Assembly: GCA_000934665.2 (NCBI GenBank)
Contig: JYFJ02001796.1
Span: 1 to 64,000 of the forward strand
From: Catajapyx aquilonaris
Taxonomy: Eukaryota
Direction: 5' to 3'
Length of the DNA stretch: 64,000 nt
The notes under the pieces were generated by a model. It was given only the letters and a program-made list of their open reading frames with translations. It made no database searches and was not told the DNA's origin. Made by a program: the position numbers and the translations under genes. Below are positions 27,816 to 39,200 of this stretch, piece after piece; positions within the stretch are counted from its first letter, which is position 1, and the number at the start of each line of letters is the position of its first letter.

Positions 27816-28019
27816 CAGGATATTTCCTATTAGTGGGACAGCTGGCCGAAAGTGTATACCTGTTGACCGAAGAATTATCGAGGCCCCAACCTGTAACAAA
27901 GTATACGACAAAAAAAGTATCCTCGACAGTATTCTCACCCCTATATTTTAGGCATGTTTTGGGTCAACGAGTACACTTTCAACCAGATGTCCTACTAAGT
28001 TATAATAAGAAACACCCTG
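27816..28019. mobile_element. Tc1/mariner-superfamily-type MITE (~204 bp)
   Basis: Left TA|caggatatttcctattagtgggacagctggccgaaagtgtatacctgttgaccgaa pairs with right ttgggtcaacgagtacactttcaaccagatgtcctactaa[gttataa]taagaaacaccctg|CA. The inverted repeats are about 55 bp, with CAGG...CCTG ends flanked by TA and CA (a likely mutated TA target duplication). Confidence 0.8.
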
Positions 28020-28077
28020 CACATAACTTAGAGAATGATTTTAAGACTTAATGAAAGTTATACTGTCATTATACTGC

Positions 28078-28099
28078 CCGTGTTTTTGGCGTATAAGAC
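28078..28099 (+). mobile_element. Possible Tc2/pogo-like terminal inverted repeat remnant
   Basis: ccgtgtttttggcgtataagac resembles the CCGTATTTT..CGTATAAGAC ends I recall for Tc2-like elements. The only candidate partner is poor (gtcttata...aaaaatagcagta near 28470-28505). Confidence 0.3.
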
Positions 28100-31000
28100 C
28101 AACGGAGAATCGCCTAAAATGCTCCGCGGTAACTTGGGAGGAATAATGCCGAAGCTATTAAAGTCCTTACAGTATTCTTTATGATCATAAGCAGGTATTA
28201 CGATTACGTCAAACGGCCTATATTTGAATCTAACAGGTTTGAGTTTGAGCCCCACGGAGACACACACGTATACAGTGCCATATAGGAGTCGCGAGCTCTC
28301 TTCGCAACCGAGGATATACCCTAAGTTTATAAACTTTTCTACAAAGTGCTTGGGCCAGAAAAGAAGATTGGTTTACTGCTGAAGTCTGGGCGGACTTTTA
28401 GGAAGAATGGAGAAAAGAAAATAATAAAGTAACAGGAATCTCCTCAGCAGATCGTCGGTCCTCGGGGCTGTCTTATATATATTTTCATCCGCAAAAATAG
28501 CAGTACCTCCTGGCCAAAAGTGTGAGAAGCTTGCAACATCAGACAAAAATTGAAGCTATAGCCAGGTCCGTGACACGGAAACTGCCTCTGGATGACCTTC
28601 CGCCAAAATCACAGCTCGAAAATTTGTGGGCAACCTGACCCGCGGGCTGCGGAACTTGGAGACGATGAAACTGGGGGAGGATGGGGGCGGCAATAAGAAC
28701 CGGTCATAACGTGCCGCAGGTGAAGAAAATTTATTGCAGTGGCAAGCTGCACGACATTTCCTGCTAAAATGTGCAAACCAACACATTCGACAAGAAGGGT
28801 ATATACAGCAGTGCTTCAGTTTCCTGAATCAGAATGGGCACAACTTCCGGGACATTTACAGCCATGTCTGAAGGAAGTGGTGACTAATCATACGCTATGA
28901 ATTTTTTAACGTTGCAGTATGCACTAGGAGATAATTATAGTGGGTATATATGTTTTATGCACTGGGGAGGGTGAGGTGTGATTGATGTTGCAGAGAGCTG
29001 GGTCGGAATGCGGGAGAGGAGGATAGGAGGGGGATGCCACCAGTTGCGAATATGCGGACAGGAATCGGAATGACTGAGTCAAGGGCATGATGAATAGCAA
29101 GAGGGACCTAAGAAATTAGGCGGATCCCAAATGCGAAAATACCTGTCAACTTGATTCGCATGAATTTAGATGGAACTAATTGACGTGTCTGCTGATTCCA
29201 ATTTTAGGAGGCATCGGGGCGCCTTTATTAGTGGGGACTCATGTCAGCCGTAACCGGACTTGACAGCTTTATGCTACTATTTTTTTGCGTTTCGTTTCAG
29301 AGAAAGTAGAGGAGTCGAGAATCATTTCTCGGATGCCAGTTCATGTTAGCTATTTGCATGTAATTGCGTAATATATTATTGTCATATAGCTATACAGATA
29401 AACGCGTGACCGTTCCACTGCTCTATATTGAATTTCAATGTGTGTGTGTTACTACTTATAATAAAATTATTTGCGGTTTGACGCTGGCAAAAGCATCACT
29501 GTGTAATATATGGCCTTTTATTGCCCATCAGGTACAGTACTGCACACCCTGCGTAGGCTCTGATTATATTATATGATAATCTGGACACATTTGCCACCTC
29601 ATAAATTATTTGATTCATTCAGAGAAGATAATGAGTGTATTGAAAACGCTGTGTTGTAGTCCTGGATGCGTTTATGCATAACCATTTATGGCAGCTGAAG
29701 ACGGGAATATAGACTAGAACGGAACCAAAATTAATATTGCAATCACCAGAATTTGTCAGCCAGAAAACCAAGCTTGTCACTCCTGCACCACCCTGTAGTT
29801 TCGAGCGTTTCACCCCTGTCCGATGGGGGGCATTATGCTCATTATTCATAACAGGAATTGAAAGCCACAGTTTACTATTATATGACAAAGTCGTGCAATT
29901 GACTGGGCTGTGTCGGCGAGTTTAATGCGAGGGCACACAGCAGCAGGGTCGGTGGAATTATCCCTCTGCATACATGTAATGCCATAATGAACGAATGTGC
30001 ATTCACGCCCCTTTAGGGTACAAATACACCGCCATGATTTTGCACTACGCACTTCGATTGGGGTTGCACTCTATCAGGCACCGGGTTCAATGCTGCGTTT
30101 ATAAAGGTGCGCCATGTACTGTAGTCATGCGAAGAGTGTTTGTGGCATTTTGGAATTGCACATGTATATACTCTCTTTTTTCCGGATCAGTAAAAAAAAA
30201 CATAGGTTTCCTGTCCAAAGGGGAAAAGAGAGGCCGGAGGGTCGTAAAGCCACCTTTTATAGGGCATATTCCTCCGGATTGAAATTCCATTAAAAGCCAA
30301 GTGTGTTGAATTACAGCATCTGGGGTATAGGAATGGGTCACGACTTCCATTATTGATGTCTAATGTCAGGGACATTTTCTGTCTCTAAAAGTCAGAATAA
30401 GTCCTGACCGAGGCCACAAAAAGTGAGGAATTGTATAGCAGAATGCTTTTCTTCTCGAGCTTACGATGCAATATAAAGAATAAAACGGCTTTTTTGGAGT
30501 TCATGATTATTGCCATTGCCTGCACTCAGAGATAAGCTATCTTTTACATTGATTTTTTAAGGATTTATCCGGACCGAATAGAATAGACACACTGCACAAC
30601 AAAGATTTTAATAGGCCGGCACATTCTCTTTTTTTCTTCTTCTTTATTCGTCTCCTTTTCTCACGTTTCGTCGGTCCCCCAGAATGCAAAAATCCCTTGG
30701 CAAAAGTTTCCGCTCTCCTAGTTTCCCTGTAATTTCTGACATAAAGTCTGGAAACAAATCTCGTTTAATCCGGCCGCTCCTTCCAAAAACCTCGAGTCAA
30801 AAAACGCGTTGGGGTCCCCGGAGCTGCAGGTTTGTGCACTAAACTACCAGCTTAATGTTGTCGCCCGGGGCAGCGAGTGCAACTTCATCTTGCCAGGGAT
30901 CACATAAATCCCTTCAAGACTCACAATAACTTCATCTTAACGCAATAGCATAACTCCTTCTTGCCGAGTCGCTTGACCCGCAACGAAGTCGGGCTGCAGC

Positions 31001-33192
31001 TAGAAACATATACATATAAGATACGGAGCTCAATTATGAAACACACGGTAATGTACAATTTTACACGTACCAACATTGCCTGTTAAATTACAAGTCCTAC
31101 TCAGTAAAATTACGGAGAATTGTCTAACGCTGAAGTTTTGAGTGAAAAAGGAGGCGTCGTGTGTGCATGTGTGGGAGATAATGGAGACACGGATAAGTGT
31201 AAAGAGAGGAAAAAAATGGTCGTGGAGAGATTGGAGACGAAATAAGACCCCTTGTCTTACATCTCATTTGTGGTGGTTCTCAAAGGGCAAGGGACACCTT
31301 TTCCACCTTGATTGCATCTGCCCCGTTCTGACACTCCCCACACACACGCATGATGGTCATGTCAGCTTCTGACAGTATGTAAATTATTTTTCCCTGCTGC
31401 GATGCTTATCGTGACGGTGAAACTGCGGGATAGGGAGGGTCGGTCCCGGACTACCCACGCAGGCTATTGCCCGATAGAAGTCGAAAGTTACGGGTATGAG
31501 CTATTTTTGATGCTCATTGCAAGTTGCAGTTTAGGTCACGCGATATGTCCGCCCTATTGACTTATTCGAAAAGCATCTTAATGAGGTTTGCGTTTGAATG
31601 GACAATTTTGCCGGTCGTTGCAATTAAGACCTTTTCTTCCTGGTGCAAAGAGGATGATGTATGAGGCGACGCCTCCCGATCACCACAGCTCCTCCTGAAT
31701 AAATTAATTCCTTGTCAACCCGATAGATCAAAGCGACGCAGCTTGGTGTTGGCTCTCCTCCTATGGGTCCTCCCCACGCCTGTGTTTTTTTCCCCTGTCC
31801 GCTCGGACACTTGACGGCACAAAGGGAGTGACAGCCTCGATACATCATGGGGACAAAGGGGGCCTTTCGCTGCTTGTTGTATCAAGGACTCTATCCCGTT
31901 CTGTCATTTCATGCTTATTACCCGCTAGCACTCGGCTATTCTAAGCACTGCCTCCGACTACTGGATGCATGTTTATTAAGGACTGGTTGCACCAAAATTT
32001 CGTCGTGCCAAAAATAAATCGTCCTGCTTGTGAAATGTGCATCCCGGACAGATAAAGCTAGTAAACATTTTGACGAATTAGGAGCGCATTAGAGTAGCTC
32101 CCAGCGAAAAATGGGTTGTAATCGCTTGTCCCGAGATCATCAAGAGGGGTACCCTCCAAATTGTTTGGGCGTAAACAAATTGGGCAAATTGCGAGCCTCG
32201 AGCTAGAGTTGAGTGCCTGGCGCCATGATAAATCGGACGGCACATCCGGAGGCCCTTGTATATCGAGGCCAAGAAACACCGAGAGAGAGAGAGTCGGTGG
32301 TGGCTGCGTCCGCGTCGGTTGAATAAGAAGAAAATCCCGAGGCCCCCGGAAAGTTGCGCAGATTACTTGCAGCACAAGTTGGCGCTATAATGAGACCTAT
32401 CAGTGCGGCTCTCCGTCTCTGTCTATTTGACGAGTGCTGTTGAGAAAAGGAAAAGGCTGGGACTTGGTGGTGCTGCTTGCGACGCCCGGAGATCGTCGCC
32501 AGCCTCTCTCTTCTTTCTTTTACCCCCTTCGTTTCTTTATGCATTCTCCCAAGTCCCAGTGGAGTGATTTGGGAGCCAAGTTGGCTCATTTTCGCCCAGG
32601 CTGCCGGGGCTATGCTCGGATGATTTTCAACACCGTACTCTTGCAAAAGGAGTGGCGTCTCCCTCATTAACGACTTCGGGAAAAGATGAAAGTCATTACC
32701 CGAGCGTAATCTGCTTTCTTGAGACGGATGCCTTCTAGCCGCCTCGGGCTAATAGCTCCCCCCCATCCACCCACCTTCTTCTTCTCCTTTTCCTCGCCTG
32801 CCCCCCCTGCACCCTCTTTCTAGACTCATCCATGCCTTCCACTTAATTATGGGGAATCATATCCAGCCAGAAAGATTCACAAGCCAAAGGATCATTTCAG
32901 CTCGTGCCACCAATCATTTTTTGAAGACTTGGTCGAACCCTGACGGATGATCAACAGGGTGCTTCAGGCGAGCTCTTCAACTATATAACAACAATCCAGT
33001 AGCATGTCCCATTGCATTATTATTTTACAGTCACTAACTTGTATGAAGTAGAAGCAGGTTTTTGGTCAATATTTACATTAGAAGGTGGAAGGCAACTTCC
33101 AAAAATAGTTGACCTCGTCAAGTGCACACAAATATATTTAACATCCCTACATATTTAAAATTCCTGTACCATCCATCAGCGTGACATGCATT

Positions 33193-33275
33193 ACAAGGGC
33201 CACCACTTGCATGTTCATCCACCCTCCTCCTGTTTGTGGGCAACTTTTGGATGGCCCTTGTTGGAACACCCTGTA
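33193..33275. mobile_element. Tc1/mariner-type transposon end remnant
   Basis: Ends ...ttggaacaccctg|TA, the same aacaccctg terminus as the 27816-28019 MITE. It also has an internal 10-bp inverted pair, acaagggcca (33193) / tggcccttgt (33252). The left end is uncertain (cagggtgcttca at 32955?). Confidence 0.4.
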
Positions 33276-36200
33276 TAATAGGATGACTTAGTGTATAGCA
33301 GATTTTGGCCATTTATGCAACATCTGGGAAACGCTTCCACTCTAGTCGCGATTATCTCTTCAAGGACAGGCTGGTGCTGGAAGCCACGTTGTTGCGGAAA
33401 TGTCACACTTTGATCAAAGCTCGCAGTTCAGGAGAGGGTAATTGGAGGCGCACTAAAACACGCCGAGAATATTGCGCCTTGGCAGAAACCGCAGGCAACT
33501 AACTACAGGCTTGATTTAACAAGGGAAGGGACGTTCACGACCTGACTGCCAACGACAGTCGCTGCTTCATTTCAGCCAGCAGCAGCACCAGAAGTCTTGG
33601 AATGTCTGCAGATCAATGCATTGATTTCTGATAGTTGGGAGGATTTGTACAATCCGGCCCATAAGAAGTTGTGCATGTCTCGAGCTGCTGCTGCTTTTGT
33701 CGTTTTTCTTCTTCCTTTTTCCTTCTCCGCACCCTCCAACGAATCAGGATGTCGAGAGGGTATAATAACAGCGCCCTTTAGTGATATGCATACTCTAGGA
33801 ATAGGATCATGGGAAAACTTAATGCCGGTGCCTTTATTGTTTAATTTATGGCATATTGAGGTAACCGCGTGGGTTTAATCTCGAGCCTTTGCAAGATCCG
33901 CGCAGTATTACAATTTTATGAGCTGTGGTGATTTGATGTTACTGCATTTATAAGCACTTTGCAGGTTAAGATTAGTTTGAGAACTAGACGTTAGGACAAT
34001 GTGTCTATTTTTTCCGACCCGGCTGCAAAGTTGGGCAAACTCCCTCATTTATGACCGCCATAAGCTATCTCTTTTTAACAGATTCAAGCGTTGAAAGGCT
34101 CTACGTGATTGATATCGTTTCTGGCATTTAAATTACCGTCGCAGATAGGGATTTTGATATTATCATAATTATACGAGACATTTTTGTTTTCCGGAGAAAA
34201 TTATACGAACTGGCTTTATCGACGTACAAAAAAATGTGAGATTGATGACATGTATTGGACATCTTCCGCTTGACTGCGTCCCGGCGTAATTGAAGAGCTT
34301 AATTTCTAGTTGCAAAGCCGATGTTTTCTTCGAGTTAGATCAGTAGATCGTAGTTCCCAGGTGGGAGTGGAAATGTCCGCCTGATGGCAGATTTCCTTAG
34401 GGAAAAGAAAGCTCGTAACCCCTTTCCTCTCTTTTTTTTCTTCTTCTCTTCTCTCTCCGGGTCTCCTTATTCTCCTTACTTTCCTGGCGAGCCAAGTGGC
34501 CGATCCATCACCTGCTCAAATGCCTGGGCCGCTGCTTCCCCTTGGGCTTCCTTCCTTCCTTCCGAAATGCAGCAAGAAGTAAATGCAGACCCGGGCCTCC
34601 CCCTAAACTCCATCACCGTGGCATAAATCATGGTAATTACAAGGTTGAGGCCAGCCAAAAAGGTTCGGAGGAGAAGAAGAAGCCTTTTCCGGATTGAGCA
34701 GAAGGAAGAGAGAGAAAAAAACGGTGGGGGTTTCTCCTTCAAATGGAAGGGAGGAGGCGATCTGAAAACAATAAATGTTTTTGTTGCCCACTCTTCTGGG
34801 GGCTTTGTTGTCTCGGAGGCCCTCTTAGATTCGGACGCACCAACAAAAAATAAGAGAGGCGAAAAGAAAATGAAGGAAAAATGGAGAAGTGTCCTTGTCT
34901 GGTGGAGGCGGACCTCCACGCCTTGTTGTCGCCGATGGAGATTTTTCTGGCCTTTTGTTGCAGCCACCGCCAATTGTCCGCATATCACGGTTCTAATCAG
35001 GCTGCTGCTCATCTACACTGGAGGAAGGAAAAAAAAAGAAGAAGTTCACCGGAGCGGTGATGGCGCTATGTGGGCGCCTCCCTAACATTCCAAGCCCTGC
35101 TCACGTTTCGTCTTGGCCTATATACCTTCTTCTAGCCATCTCAAGTTGGGAAAGGAGATTAATCAAGCCCGGGAATACCCGGCCCCTGTAGTAGTATAAC
35201 CTCCAGCAGAAGCACACCAACATGCAGCAGCATCAGAGGACTGATCAGCTGGAAAATGTACGAATGCGGGGTGGGGGATCAGGAGCAAACATTTGCCTAA
35301 CAATATGATGACTGTGATAAATAGCGATGGAAAATACAATTGTTGTTTTGACAGCGTGGGTTACAACCCATGACATGTCAATCAGGGACTAGCAAATTCT
35401 GTTTCGTTCCCAATCGCGTCGAAATTTATTGCCAGGCGGGCATATTGACGCGGGCTATAAATCACTGGCAATTAAAAAGTGTTGGTTTTGGAAAATTGTC
35501 CTGTAGAATCGGTTTAATCACGTGACACCCAGTTGACCCTGCTCCACATGTCAAATTACAGGTGCGCTTTCCCATCTGTTATATATACGTTCACACTAAC
35601 CTTATGTTTCTAGATCTAGAAGATTCAAGGGGGCATAGATATTCATGGCGGAATGTTCATTTGTTTGGAGTTGGTGTTGGCGTGGGTCCCATCTGCCCCC
35701 TTGTTACCTTGGCTTCATCCACATTGTGGGCACCGGACAGTTGGTCCCGCTTCAATGTGTTGAAATGAGCCTTTTGTGCCGGCCACTCTGGGAGTAGCTG
35801 CAGTTTTCAAACATCCCCCACCCACGTGCACTCTTTTCAGCGTGAAAAAGCCCACGTGAAAAATGGTTACACGCGGGAACATAATTCCAGTGTCGAGTTT
35901 TTTTTAAAAAAAATCTAACCCCTCTCTCCCTCAGCGTGGGGTATAAATCACGGGCATAAAATGTTTAGTCAATCGGTGTGCCGCCCTCTGGTACTATCGC
36001 GACACACGCCTGTTACCCGCAGCAGAAACCATTCGCGAGGGGATCCGAGGTGTGCACAGCACCATTGTGCAGACGTGCCCAGCATGGGTACACCGTTCCT
36101 AATAAAATTAGCATCCTTTCAGAGCAAACAGTCCGCGTGGAAGCTGTCGCACTAATATTTACGCTGCCCGTATCGAGGTGTTGATTCAACTGGTGCAATT

Positions 36201-39200
36201 CAATACCTTCGTGCTGAAACTAGGTTCATGAAAGGTGTCTGTAAGTAGTGTAGTGAGAGTGTTTTTTCGTTGCAATTCAACAAAAAGAAATATGAGGCAG
36301 AGTACACGTAATTTCGTCTAATGATTGTTTAAATTTAGTGTAATGTGTATAATGTGGCCCATAAAACGGTCTGATAAATCTACAGCCTCGTAGAAAATGT
36401 GGGAAATTAATTATCACATAAGCATAAGATGTAACTATCATATCTGGAAATCAGTCAAATGTGACTGATCTGCATTTCAGATCTTCAAATCATGTTGAGA
36501 AATTGTTATCTCAGTTGGAGCATATTCTTTCAAATAATATATATTCATTAAAATTAATAATGAAAATAAAACTGATGCCTCTTTCAACTTGGTTGTACAT
36601 GAAGGTGCTTAATTGCAGTTATAAATGCGGGTATTGTAGCGGAAAGAGGTACTCTTTTCGAGAGGGAGAGCTAGAAAAAATAGTGGGGATTAGGATAATG
36701 GCGGCAAATCCATAAAATTACGGCGGACAAGCCCATGTCGCTGAGGTGTACATCTGGAAAATTATGGGCAACATTTTCCCTGGAGAAGGATGTGGCCACG
36801 ACCGGAACTCCGCCTGACGGAGAAGGGGGAACAAAAGGGAAGGAATAATTTGACGTCAGACGATGGAAGAGTGTGGATTGGTGAGAACAAGCCGGAAAAA
36901 TGCTCCTTATTGTCTGCGGTTTCCATCGCGACCCTTTGTTATTTGGCCAGGGGCGGGCCTTTCCTCTCTCCTCTTTTTTTTTCACGGATTCCTCTTTTCC
37001 TTTTTCTTCTTCCCACCTCCTCCCTCTTTTTCTCTTATTCTGGGAATTCCCATCATCTCCTTGCAAAACCACCCACAGCCATTCCTCGAGGGCCTGCCAA
37101 TGACGACGGGACACGGTCCCCTGGCGTCTGCTCTGATTGGGAGATGTCTCAGGAGATCGCCGAATAAACAATAACCCGTGTCGAAGCCCGCCTGAATGGT
37201 AAAATGGGGGAAAAAGAAGACGCTTCCCCGCCGTCCCGACAGATGGCGACACCGGTCCGTGTTTTCTCAGCCCCCAATATTTTCCCACCGAACTGAGGAA
37301 CAAAGGGAGGAGCACAATAATGGGAGGCATAGCATTGTTACACATTGTGTCAGGTGTATTAATAACGGGTATTGATAACCGCATTACAGGAGGCGAGAGG
37401 AATATACTCCCCACCGGCTCTGACAAGCCTGATCATGTCGGCGGTTGTGTTTAAAAGGATGCGTGATATTAGTGCGCCGGATAAAGTTGCAATATTAGGG
37501 GCTCTTTATTACCCATCAAGAGAAGGGTAATCGGCCATATTGCTATAAATCTGCCACTCGGAACAATGCGGGGGATTTCAAGGTAGAAAGTGGCGGCGCC
37601 GCCAGCTATTTCGCACGTGTGATAAAATTGCGCCGGCTCGTAGGCCCAATCGAGGCAATGCACTTATCTTTTTTAATAATCTGAGAGCAATGGCGCCGAC
37701 GTCCTTTCTAGGAGGGGAGCCCTGCTGAGACTAAGACCGACGTCGTAGAATTATGAAATGTACACTATGTTCATAAGAGCTTACTTATCATTGCGAATTA
37801 CAAATTTATTTTTTGATATAAAATAATACTATAGGGCAGGGTGTGTGTTGGCCTCCTCCTGGCAATGCCTGGCGCGGCCACTCCTGGCAATGTTAGCAGT
37901 AGAAATCCGAGAAAAACCTTGTGCTGCGTCTGATTTTGAACTAATTTTAACATACGCCCTTGCAAATTTCGGTTTCTTAGTGACTGATGAAGTGCTCCTA
38001 TTTTGCGTAGAGTGGCCATGGAATAGACGTGCTTGGGCGAGCAATGCCGGGAACTGCATGACAGGCGCTTGTTTTCGTTATGTGGAGAAATGAGGGGGAG
38101 GGGGGGGGGCTTCCCCACCCAAATAAAGCCCAGCAAGAGAAGGCAGATTCTACTTCACATTAAGTGCAGGCCTGGTTCCAATGCGAGGGTCCATTTGCAA
38201 ACTAGTTGGATGTAATTACCTGTTCTGCTATTAGGTTTGTGCACTAGAGTCGGCCAACCGAAATGCAAGCAGTCTCCAACATCATGCTCGGGGAATATAG
38301 GCATCCCTTGGAAAGTAGGCGGAAATAATGGGCTTTGCAATTCCCGCTGAAAAAATTTTGTCCGCTCTATTTTTCTTCCACCTTTTGCGGGATCATTCTT
38401 TTTATGTCGATATCTAGAGCTAGAGAGAGAAATGGGTGGAGGGCATCAGGGGTGGGGGTGGAGAGAAAAAAAGGAGAAGCGGTCTCTTCCTTGGAATGAT
38501 TAAGGTAACATCACTGGCCCTGTTCTCGTAATTCCCAAGGGAAGTACCCCACTGAAGCAGCTCTTTCCTGCAGATGGACCGAGTCTGGAAGCAAGGTAAA
38601 TCCTGTAATTCAATATATTATCAGAAGATACTACACTCCCATCAAACTAAGATTCTCTTTGATGAACTTTGAGCATTTTTTTCTCCCTTCCTCTCTCTCT
38701 CTCCGGAGAGGATGGAATTAAATCAAAAGCGCCCTGCCATAGCAGACCAAACCAAGACGGCAAATCAGATAATTGGAGCAAAACCTATCAGAAAGGTCTG
38801 TCTCTTCCTCAAGGAAAAATAATGAAACCGGGAATGTAGTGGAAAGAAGTAGCCCAGGTCGGGTACTTGCCTGATCCACAAAGGTCGGATTGGAAAGATA
38901 CAAAGTACTAAATTTGGGGCTTTTTAAAAAAACTCAATATTGCAGCATCGCAATCAGTCGTCTTGCGGGGTGTGCCACATAAAATACCGGTCCCATTGTA
39001 GCAGGCAATTACTTACCAATTTAAAAGGCCGATCCGTTGCGTTTCTCGTGTTATGAAACACTAAATGCTGACCCCTGTGGAAGGTGAGTCGTATATTTCA
39101 AGTCGACCGCAATGGGAAAAATTGTTTCCCCAACCTTACTGATGCCCGGCAATAATTCAGGCGCGAAACGTCTGCTTTTGGCATTATCTTTGGGATACAG

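Noticed and set aside
29789..29855. caccctgtagtttcgagcgtttc, resembling a miR-10/miR-993 5p arm, with some downstream pairing (gagcg/tgctc, cctgt/acagg)
   Set aside because: The conserved miR-993 3p arm is absent and the stem has a large internal loop. Small-RNA reads or a MirGeneDB search could overturn this.
35741..35755. ttggtcccgcttcaa, resembling miR-133
   Set aside because: It needs an insertion, the 3' half does not match, and there is no hairpin.
35942..35970. TATAAA followed by ttagtc (TATA box plus Inr-like motif)
   Set aside because: The spacing is about 6 nt too short for a TATA-Inr core promoter. Other TATAAA hits also lacked a correctly placed Inr.
36671..37426. Longest ORF (251 aa, minus strand)
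   Set aside because: It is built from purine-tract low-complexity sequence (EEEKGKEESVKKKEE), has no recognisable domain, and overlaps ORFs in several other frames.
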